Below are positions 1-8,100 of a DNA stretch of 13,665 nucleotides, in pieces. The stretch lies in the NCBI GenBank assembly GCA_023136205.1, contig JAGLRQ010000102.1, forward strand, positions 1 to 13,665, given 5' to 3'. The notes under the pieces were generated by a model that searched no databases, had not been told where the DNA came from, and saw only the letters and a list, made by a program, of their open reading frames with translations. Position numbers and translations under genes: made by a program. Within the stretch, counting starts at the first letter, position 1; each line of letters opens with the position of its first letter. Source of the stretch: Candidatus Auribacterota bacterium. Lineage in GTDB: Bacteria > Auribacterota > UBA6266.

Positions 1-58
1 TCATCTGGACAATTCTACTTTTAAGGCTGTTCAGTTTCTCTTTTAATTCATGTTGCAT
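1..58 (-). CDS. 5' end (19 codons) of an unidentified gene continuing past the left window edge
   Basis: The reverse strand reads GAGGGGG (63-69), then AAAC, then ATG (56-58). The frame stays open to position 1: MQHELKEKLNSLKSRIVQM. The strong Shine-Dalgarno and its spacing support a real start. The heptad-like helical N-terminus vaguely resembles release factor 2 N-termini, and secA-prfB linkage is known in Bacillus, but 19 residues are too few to call a product. Confidence 0.35.
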   Translation of the reverse strand, partial: MQHELKEKLNSLKSRIVQM

Positions 59-69
59 GTTTCCCCCTC

Positions 70-111
70 GTATTGAGTATTGAGTATTGAGTAAATAGTA
101 AATAGTAAAAA
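70..111. repeat. Heptameric tandem repeat: GTATTGA x3, GTAAATA x2, GTAAAAA x1
   Basis: Read directly from the sequence: 70-76, 77-83 and 84-90 are GTATTGA; 91-97 and 98-104 are GTAAATA; 105-111 is GTAAAAA. The block lies between the lnt stop (145-147) and the RBS of the next minus-strand gene (63-69), and it abuts that RBS. Confidence 0.9.
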
Positions 112-144
112 ATCAAATCATTAAAGTTAACCGTGGTTTTATTT

Positions 145-1725
145 CTACTCTTTTGTTTTCCGAACAACATAAGAAACAACAAGAAGAACGGTCATTGCAA
201 GCGATACATATGCTATTAAATCCCCTGTAATATTATAAACTGTCGGGGCCTCGCGTTCACTGTAATTAAGTTCCAGAAGAAGGACATTAGGCCTGAATAA
301 TATACCGGTTTTGTCACCGGCAATATCTGTAATAATACCGTCTTTATTAATAAGGCAGGTTAAACCGGTATTCGTACACCTGATCATCTGGACACCATTT
401 TCAATACACCTCATCGACGCCGCGATAGCATGCAGAAACGGCGCGGCGCTATACCCATACCACGAATCATTAGTGAGGTTAACAAGAAAAGCAGCACCTT
501 TTTTCACATAATACCTGTTTGTCGCGGGGAAAAGGTCTTCATAACATATGCTTACTCCGAACCTGCATGGAAAATCAATCCGGGCAGAAGCTTGAGAGAG
601 GTCAAAAATAGTTCTCTCACTGCCCCGCGAAAAGCCGGTATCTATCGGCGATAAATTCCCAACAAAAAACATAATTTTCTCCAAGGGGACATATTCCCCA
701 AAAGGAACAAGCTGGCACTTATCATATTGCGCAACCTTTTCCCCTTTATAAGAATATAAAATAGCTGAATTATAATACCTTTTTTTTCCTTCTTCGAATT
801 TTGATGTCTGGACACCAATTAACAAAGCTGTATTAATCTGGGAACAAATTCCCCTGACAAACTCATCAATTTCCTCATCATCAGAGATAACACCCGGTAA
901 TACGGATTCCGGCCAGATTATAAGTTCCGGAAACGCTAACGCCGCGTCCAAAGTAAGATCCCTCAATCTGTCCAGTATAAATTCCTTATAGTTACTATCC
1001 CATTTTTTATTCTGGCATATTGAAGGTTGTATCAATGCAATTTTTATAAGGTGTTCTCCGCGTGGCTGAGCAAAAATATTTTTCACAGGCAAAACTCTTT
1101 TATTATTCACCATGGATGAGCTCTTAAACAACAGGAGCGTTATCACACAAACAGTTACAAAACCGGCAATTCTCACTGAAATTCTTGCTTTCTTCTCAAA
1201 GACATAAACGAAAAGAGATACAACGGATACGATAAGAAAAGAAATGAGAAAAACACCGCCTATTTGAGCAATCCATCCAAGGCCCGAGTCCGCGTCAAAA
1301 GAATTTCCGATAAACATCCACGGAAAACCAATTTCTCCAAATCCGCGCGTAAATTCAATAGCAACCCATAAAAATGGAGCAGCGATACATTCAAAACCTT
1401 GACTAAACTGCCTAACCTTCTTTACAAGATAAGCAAAAAAGGCAATAAATACACCCTGGTATAAGATTAAAACTACCATAGCGTAAAAAGATACATATTT
1501 CACAAAATACAATAGAGGGCCAAAATAAAAAATACCGGCAATCCAACCGGCAAAAAAAGCAAACCTGGCATTTTTAGAAGCTTTTACCACAGCAAATAAA
1601 ATAATTAAACCAAGAATAAGGAGGGGCCTGAAAAATGCCGGATAGTACCCAAAGCTTATCATTGCCCCGCAAAGAGCCGAAAGAGCCAGAAGAACAGGAG
1701 AGGATTTAAATATGGATATCTTCAT
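145..1725 (-). CDS. lnt: Apolipoprotein N-acyltransferase (Lnt)
   Basis: 526-aa ORF. The N-terminal third and more is a run of hydrophobic helices. It is followed by a carbon-nitrogen hydrolase domain with the Lnt E-K-C triad contexts (LIIWPESVLP, YDKCQLVPFGEYVP, GVSICYEDLF) and the NDSWYG motif, then a final C-terminal TM helix. Size and layout are typical of Lnt. Confidence 0.9.
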   Translation of the reverse strand: MKISIFKSSPVLLALSALCGAMISFGYYPAFFRPLLILGLIILFAVVKASKNARFAFFAGWIAGIFYFGPLLYFVKYVSFYAMVVLILYQGVFIAFFAYLVKKVRQFSQGFECIAAPFLWVAIEFTRGFGEIGFPWMFIGNSFDADSGLGWIAQIGGVFLISFLIVSVVSLFVYVFEKKARISVRIAGFVTVCVITLLLFKSSSMVNNKRVLPVKNIFAQPRGEHLIKIALIQPSICQNKKWDSNYKEFILDRLRDLTLDAALAFPELIIWPESVLPGVISDDEEIDEFVRGICSQINTALLIGVQTSKFEEGKKRYYNSAILYSYKGEKVAQYDKCQLVPFGEYVPLEKIMFFVGNLSPIDTGFSRGSERTIFDLSQASARIDFPCRFGVSICYEDLFPATNRYYVKKGAAFLVNLTNDSWYGYSAAPFLHAIAASMRCIENGVQMIRCTNTGLTCLINKDGIITDIAGDKTGILFRPNVLLLELNYSEREAPTVYNITGDLIAYVSLAMTVLLVVSYVVRKTKE

Positions 1726-1770
1726 TAAATTTAGACCACGTCCAAAATAAATTTCTTTACCAGCTTTTCA

Positions 1771-4700
1771 TCACGTGTCTGCACCGCAACATTTCTTGTA
1801 TTTTTTACCGCTTCCGCAAGGGCATGGGTCATTTCTGCCCACTTTCGGAGTATCCCGCCTGACCGGGGCCGCCTGTCTCAACGCGGAGGAAGACTTTTCT
1901 TTTTTCCCTGACAGCTCTCCGCTATCTGTGGTAGAAGGTGCATCAAGCCCGGTAAAACCGGTAATTTCATCATGTCTGTACTGCCTGGGTATATTTTTAA
2001 AGAAGTCCTCCATTTTTCCCGGACTTAGAGTCGTTTTAAAGGCAAATGAACAAATCTGCTCGTTAACTTTAGATACCATTTCTGAAAACATCGCAAATGC
2101 TTCACGGCTGTATTCACCGAGCACAAACTTTTCTCCCGTAGCCGCGTAAGCCCTCATGTGAATTCCCTGCCTTAAATCATCCATGTTATATAGATGCTCC
2201 TTCCACATTCTGTCAATCGTATGGAGCATTACGTATCTCAAGAGCTCTCTCATCTCCCTTTCACCTTCAATCTCCTTCTTAAGAGTAAGCAGTGATTTTA
2301 CTTTGTTTTCCAGAAGGCCGGTTAATGCGTCTTTATCATCTGCTGATTTAAGTACCTCTTCCGCTTTCAGATGAACAGGCGCCAGCTGGTTTGCCCATCT
2401 GATAAACTCTGCGGCATCAGGCTCAAGAGTTTCCTTGCACAACCGGCAAAATTCATCAGCTTTTTCTGAAATAAGCTCATGAACAATGCTTAAATAATAT
2501 TTTTCGGTATCAGAAGCATTAAGTATCTGCATTCTGTTCTCGTAAATAACTTCTCTTTGCTTATTCAGGACATCATCAAATTCCAGTGTATGTTTACGTA
2601 TCTCGAAATTTCTCTGCTCCACCTTTTTTTGCGCGTTTTCAATAGATCTTGACAGAAGCGGATGAACGAGCTCCTGGCCTTCTTCCATCCCCATCCTTTG
2701 CATCAGGCTTGATATCCTGTCCGAACCAAAAAGCCTCATCAAATCATCCTCCAAGGACACAAAGAATTTTGAACTTCCCGGATCTCCCTGTCTCGCGCAT
2801 CTACCCCTAAGCTGATGATCAATTCTTCTCGATTCATGCCGTTCGGTACCAATAACAGCCAGGCCATTTTTCCCCACTACTCCTTCACCAAGTTTAATAT
2901 CCGTTCCGCGGCCAGCCATGTTTGTGGCGATAGTTACGGCACCGCCCTGCCCGGCCCTTTTAATTATTTCCGCTTCCTTCTGGTGATATTTAGCGTTTAA
3001 AACCTCATGCAGGATTTTCCTCCTTTTAAGTATTCTGCTTAAAAGTTCTGAAACTTCAACGCTGACAGTACCGACAAGGACAGGACGTCCTTCCTTATAA
3101 AGAGAACTGATTTCATCTATTATTGCGCTGTATTTCTCCCTTTTTGTTTTGTATATAACATCGTTATCGTTAACCCTCGCGCATGGTTTATTCGTCGGTA
3201 TAACAATTACATCAAGCCCGTAAATATGATTGAATTCTTCAGCTTCTGTTTCTGCTGTACCCGTCATCCCCGCGAGTTTGTCATAAAGGCGAAAGTAATT
3301 CTGAATGGTAACCGTAGCATATGTCTGGGTTTCCCTTTCGATCTTTACATTTTCCCTCGCTTCCAGCGCCTGATGAAGCCCATCACTGTATCTTCTGCCG
3401 GGCATCATCCTCCCTGTAAATTCATCCACTATAACAACCTTGTTTTCCGCCACTACATAATCCACATCCTTCTCAAAAAGAGAATATGCTCTTAAAAGCT
3501 GGTTTATATTGTGAATTCTCTCGCTGACTTCCGCGTATGTCTTTTCAAGTTCTGATTTCCGTTTAGTTTTCTCTTCATCGGAAAGAGCATCATCCTCATC
3601 TATTTCCTGGCATTCCGTAATAATATCGGGAATGACATATCTAGCTTCATCACCCCGGCTTAAAGTAATTCTTCCCTTCTCGGTAAGTTTTATATCATGG
3701 CCTTTTTCATCGATATTAAAAAACAAATCCTCGAGAACCTTAATCTCTGCCTCTTTCTTCATATCTGATTTAAGGTCAAGTTCGGTTCTTTCAATCAGCC
3801 GCCTGATTTCGCCCTTTTCCATAAGTTTCATAAGCTGTTTGTTTTTAGGGGACCCCCTGGTCGCCTGAAACAGCTTAATCCCGGCCTCCGAATCGTTATA
3901 ACCTTCACTTTCCACTAACTCCCGGGCCTCTTTGATTAACCTGTTGCAAAACATCGTCTGATTTCTGTAAAGGTTCTCCACATCCGGCTTCAAAACATCG
4001 TATTTATGAGTGGAAACACTTGAAGGGCCTGAAATAATAAGAGGCGTACGGGCCTCATCTACAAGAATACTATCCACCTCATCAATAATGGCAAAGAAGT
4101 GCCCCCTCTGAACAATATCCTCTTTTGATGTCGCAAGCCCGTTGTCTCTAAGGTAGTCAAATCCAAATTCGCTGTTTGTTCCATAGGTTATATCGCGCTC
4201 ATACATCTTACTTCTTTCTTCCGGGCTCATTCTATTCTGGATACAGCCAACCGTTAGCCCGAGAAATTCATAAATCTTTCCCATCCACTCACTGTCACGG
4301 TTGGCAAGAAAATCGTTAACGGTAATAAGCTGTACATTATTTCCCGTAAGCGCGTTTAAATAAAGAGGCATTGTAGCAACAAGCGTTTTCCCTTCACCCG
4401 TTGCCATCTCGGTAATTCTGCCCTGGTGCAGCGCTATGGCTCCTGCTAACTGGACATCAAAGGGAACCATGTCCCATTTTATTTCGTCGCCGCAAACAGT
4501 AATCGTTGAACCGAGAAGCCTTCTGCACACGTTTTTCACAACCGCGTATGCTTCAGGAAGTATCGGATCAAGGATACTGTTGTATATCTCTTTTATTTTA
4601 TTCTTTATTTCTTTTTTGTCTTTCTGATCAAAGGAAGAAGATCTTCTTTCCCTGAGTTCCTCAAGTTTTTCAGGTATCCCCCTCTTCTCAATCTCATCTT

Positions 4701-4863
4701 TAACACGCCGCTTAAATTCGACGGTCTTTGCGCGAAGCCCGTCATCGGAAAGGGATTGAAACTCTTTTTCGTAACGGTTTATTTCTTCAATAACGGGCCT
4801 CAGTTTTTTGAAGTCCCGCGCGTTTTTCGATCCAAGAATCTTTTTAAGAATCCATCCAAACAT
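1771..4863 (-). CDS. secA: Preprotein translocase ATPase SecA (long form)
   Basis: 1030-aa ORF with the canonical N-terminus ([18 protein letters not shown]), Walker A (MATGEGKTL), DEAD-like motif II ([21 protein letters not shown]), NBD2 motifs ([32 protein letters not shown]) and the C-terminal zinc-binding tail [14 protein letters not shown] (nt 1783-1824). A GGAGA RBS lies about 7 nt upstream of the ATG. Confidence 0.97.
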   Translation of the reverse strand: MFGWILKKILGSKNARDFKKLRPVIEEINRYEKEFQSLSDDGLRAKTVEFKRRVKDEIEKRGIPEKLEELRERRSSSFDQKDKKEIKNKIKEIYNSILDPILPEAYAVVKNVCRRLLGSTITVCGDEIKWDMVPFDVQLAGAIALHQGRITEMATGEGKTLVATMPLYLNALTGNNVQLITVNDFLANRDSEWMGKIYEFLGLTVGCIQNRMSPEERSKMYERDITYGTNSEFGFDYLRDNGLATSKEDIVQRGHFFAIIDEVDSILVDEARTPLIISGPSSVSTHKYDVLKPDVENLYRNQTMFCNRLIKEARELVESEGYNDSEAGIKLFQATRGSPKNKQLMKLMEKGEIRRLIERTELDLKSDMKKEAEIKVLEDLFFNIDEKGHDIKLTEKGRITLSRGDEARYVIPDIITECQEIDEDDALSDEEKTKRKSELEKTYAEVSERIHNINQLLRAYSLFEKDVDYVVAENKVVIVDEFTGRMMPGRRYSDGLHQALEARENVKIERETQTYATVTIQNYFRLYDKLAGMTGTAETEAEEFNHIYGLDVIVIPTNKPCARVNDNDVIYKTKREKYSAIIDEISSLYKEGRPVLVGTVSVEVSELLSRILKRRKILHEVLNAKYHQKEAEIIKRAGQGGAVTIATNMAGRGTDIKLGEGVVGKNGLAVIGTERHESRRIDHQLRGRCARQGDPGSSKFFVSLEDDLMRLFGSDRISSLMQRMGMEEGQELVHPLLSRSIENAQKKVEQRNFEIRKHTLEFDDVLNKQREVIYENRMQILNASDTEKYYLSIVHELISEKADEFCRLCKETLEPDAAEFIRWANQLAPVHLKAEEVLKSADDKDALTGLLENKVKSLLTLKKEIEGEREMRELLRYVMLHTIDRMWKEHLYNMDDLRQGIHMRAYAATGEKFVLGEYSREAFAMFSEMVSKVNEQICSFAFKTTLSPGKMEDFFKNIPRQYRHDEITGFTGLDAPSTTDSGELSGKKEKSSSALRQAAPVRRDTPKVGRNDPCPCGSGKKYKKCCGADT

Positions 4864-4990
4864 ATCTATTTCTCCATTCTTTTCTTTATAAATATAACCT
4901 AACTGTTTCTATCCACGCATGTTGCAACTTATATATAGCATATAAACATAAAACTAAATATCTTTAATATACAGATAAATCGGAATTGTG

Positions 4991-5019
4991 AGTATAGCAA
5001 CAAAATTATTTGCTTTCAA
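4991..5019 (-). promoter_or_regulatory. Putative sigma70-type promoter for secA
   Basis: The reverse strand reads TTGAAA (5019-5014), a 17-nt spacer GCAAATAATTTTGTTGC, then TATACT (4996-4991). Both hexamers are near consensus with optimal spacing. It would give a leader of roughly 120 nt before the secA ATG at 4863. This is a sequence match only. Confidence 0.45.
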
Positions 5020-5114
5020 GAAAAGAGTTTTTCAAAAAAAAACAACATAGAACCACTCCGAGCATCAATATTGTACAGGAAAAAGCGTTCCCTTTTTTCT
5101 TTTTTCCAACTTTA

Positions 5115-8100
5115 TCACTTTTGGCTCTCTGGAATAACATAAAGATTTACCAGCCTGGAGCACACTTCCTGACCGTCAATTGTAGCATGGATAACCAGCA
5201 TTATTGGAGAACCTTTCGTTGTATCATAGAAAAGCATTTCGTCTACTAAAAGTATTTCGTCTGTAAATGTTTCTCCGCTTTTACCACTAAATTTTTTCCC
5301 TCTATAGTGGTAGCCGTTAACATACTCTATTGCTACCGAATTTCTCAAATGAGATAAATAATCCCAACGAAGATCTGTGCATTCAATATTACTTCCCCTG
5401 GTAATTTTCCAAGATATCTTAGTTGGCACACCTATTTTAATAGAATCAGGCAAATCTACAAAATGAATCCCGTCCCTGACTCTTGGCATTTCTTTACGCA
5501 TGTGCTCGATAAGCTTGTTTTTTTGGGGGTATTTTTTTTGTCTTGCTATATGCTCCGGTGTTTCCTTTACTGTAACTCTAATGATTTCTGATTCTCCTAC
5601 ATTGTCTGATTCATCCCATGCTTTTGCCTGAATCTGATATCCAGTAGGATAATAGAAAGTAGTATTCCATTCTCTCTCATAAGGCGGCCTGAAAACACAG
5701 CCTTCATCCTGACCATTTATAAAAAATTTTACGTATCCCATTTTATGATCATCAACAGCCTCGGCAATCATTTTGACTTTGCCGGATAACTCTGCCCCTG
5801 ATTGGGGGAATATAATTTTCACTTTCGGTGGAGTGATATCCCCTCTAGAATTCATAATGCGAATATCAATACCTCTGTTTGCTCTATTACCATATAAATC
5901 TTTTGCCCATACGTTTAAATCATAATTTCCATTTTCTATATTTTCCAAAGTTACCTTTGTCCGAAAAGGCGGGTTAGTCAGGTAGGCAAGTTCCCGAGAA
6001 TATTGGTTTTTGCAAATACCAAAAACAACCTCAGCAATCCCTGTATTATCCGAGATCTCTGCTTCTAACTCCACCTCGCCATCCAACACAGCATTACGCC
6101 GGGGTGAAATTAAGGTTACACTTGGTTTTTCTATATCAGTAAATAAAGAGTATTTGAGGCTTTTTCCCCGAACTCCTTCTTCTGACTCGCAAATGATCTG
6201 GAGATAATACTCCTTATTAGGTTCCAGATAGAAGGGTTTTTCTCCCTTAATAACCGTAGTTTTTCGATTGCCTGGATCCTGATAGGAAATTTTAACCTTA
6301 TAATGGCTTTCCCGATGACAGGTTTGTATTTTCCCCTTCCACTGAAAGACATTTTTAAGATTATTTTTATCAAAACCATAATGAATTTCAGCCCTGACAG
6401 GAACGTCTGTGTCTGTTGACCAGGATATCTCCTCGGGTGAAAGTTTGATGTCATACATGAGCGGTGGGAGATTGACTTCTCCTTGAGTTTCCCACCTCAA
6501 CTCTGCCATCAAACCTAATATGTCCTTTTTATCCCACCAGGTTATATCGTTAACCTCGAGAGCCCGTTGGTAGGCAGAAGCTGCTACTATAAAGTCTTTT
6601 CGGTCTCGGTAAACATTACCCAGCCTCCAAAAGACTTTCCTACGCACATCCTCTAGGAGTTTTTCTTTAACCATGGACTCAAGCTCAAGTTGAGAGGATC
6701 CCTTGATCTTGCCTGTTATTGAGCAGCACAAAACTCTTAGAGCGTGCACATTGTTAATCAGCTTCCAGTCAGGATAAGACTCTATGATATCCTCCAATAC
6801 AGAAATCGCGCCTTGATAATCCTCCAGACTGATCCTGTTTTCTGCATCAGTAAACAAATTCAGAGGCTGCCAGTCAAAACCGCCCCCAGCCTTTATAATC
6901 TGAACCTTGCCTGCTGCCTCTATATCAAGTTCTAAGCTTCCAGAACATAAGGCTAAATAAGGAATAAAAGAGATAAATTCTTCATGTAATTTCAGGGCTT
7001 CTTCATACTTCTTTTGCCAATAATGATCTATTATAAGTTTACTGTAAATTTCGATAATTTTTTCCACAGAATACCTTGTTAAAAAATCTCTAGTTAATCT
7101 TTTATAATAAGACAAGGCCTTTTCTAATTCGGTTTGTTTATAATAGAAATCGCCCAACCTCTTAAGAGCTTCCATTGCACAGTTATCACGGGGATATTTC
7201 TTCACTACATCCATATATGCCTCAACAATATCTTTTTCGTTTACTTCAATATCAGCATAACAGACCATTGTATATATATCTTGAATTTGTGTTAGATCAG
7301 GGGATTGCTTTGAGGCGTTCATGGAGAATCGCTTTAGGGCCTTCTTATTGTAATAGGCACATTTTAGAAGAGCAGCTATTTTCAGCAATGCTTTTTTAGC
7401 CGCTTTTCCTTGTGGGCTAATTGAAATTACTTCCTTGTAGCCTTGCATGGCTGCATTAAAATCATTCGACCAGCTATATTCGATGCTCAATTCCAGCATA
7501 ATTTCAGCTATCTTTTCCGGATCTGTTATGCCTTTCATTTTCTCTTGTTTCAGCCGCTTCCGGTTTTCTCTTATTTCTTTCTTGTGTCGCTTCCACCGAG
7601 CCTCTTGTTGTTCTTTCTTGATTTTTTCAATTAGCTTCTTCCTGTCTTCAATGGACATCAAATCCAAGTCTGTTCGTGACTTTCTACTATTATCAAAATT
7701 CTCTTCTGCTGGTTTCTTTACCTTCGATGAGAAAAGAAAGCTTTTTGTCCATTCCGGCCTGAGATGTTCAACACCTTCCTCCAATTTCTTTTTCCACTGG
7801 CTATCGTCAAGCCTATTAATGCCCTTTTCAACAAATTCATAATAACTCATTACATATCCAACAGCTGCTCGAGAATTATCCTGATCATCTTTAAAAATGA
7901 CTATAATGGGATTGTAAGAACCTGTACCAGCATGTAGAACCTGTTGGTTGTAGGAATCCGTACAGATATCAACTATCATTAATGGGTTTTTTAAATCAAA
8001 GCCTTTTAACCAGGAACCAAAATGGTGGATATCATCTTTTTCATAATCTGAGAGAGGCTTTCCATCAAGTTCTTTCCGGGCATAGCGGACAAATTTATTT

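Noticed and set aside
311-4627. Plus-strand ORFs of 61-124 aa listed in the ORF track inside lnt and secA (311-511, 430-654, 1775-2149, 2183-2374, 2815-3000, 3226-3495, 3632-3868, 4436-4627)
   Set aside because: All lie fully antisense to strongly supported minus-strand genes. They have low-complexity S/F/L/P-rich translations, no recognisable motifs and no convincing ribosome-binding sites. They are typical shadow ORFs.
1771-4863. Extra length of SecA (1030 aa versus about 900 aa) as a possible novel insertion
   Set aside because: The additional residues fall near the N-terminus and within the preprotein cross-linking domain region. Long-form SecA proteins in several bacterial phyla are known to carry variable insertions there, and all catalytic motifs are intact.
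4922-4946. Plus-strand promoter-like hexamers TTGCAA ... TATAAA
   Set aside because: The spacer is only 13 nt, and there is no plus-strand gene downstream for it to drive. It is probably a chance match in AT-rich DNA.
5078-5107. A/T-run inverted repeat (GGAAAAAGCGTTCCCTTTTTTCTTTTTTCC) downstream of the giant ORF, considered as a terminator
   Set aside because: Pairing is essentially A-run against T-run with only two G-C pairs and several alternative registers. It could contribute to termination, but it is not a confident stem-loop call.
5010-5249. 79-aa plus-strand ORF spanning the secA upstream region and the 3' end of the giant gene
   Set aside because: It starts at a TTG with no RBS, runs through homopolymer A/T tracts (giving KKK and FFFF runs) and overlaps the end of a well-supported CDS. 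It shows no coding signal.
6131-6454. Nested 107-aa minus-strand ORF in an alternative frame of the giant gene
   Set aside because: It lies wholly inside the FN3-like coding segment in another frame. Its translation is basic and low-complexity with no motifs and no RBS. The main frame has clear domain signatures across this region.
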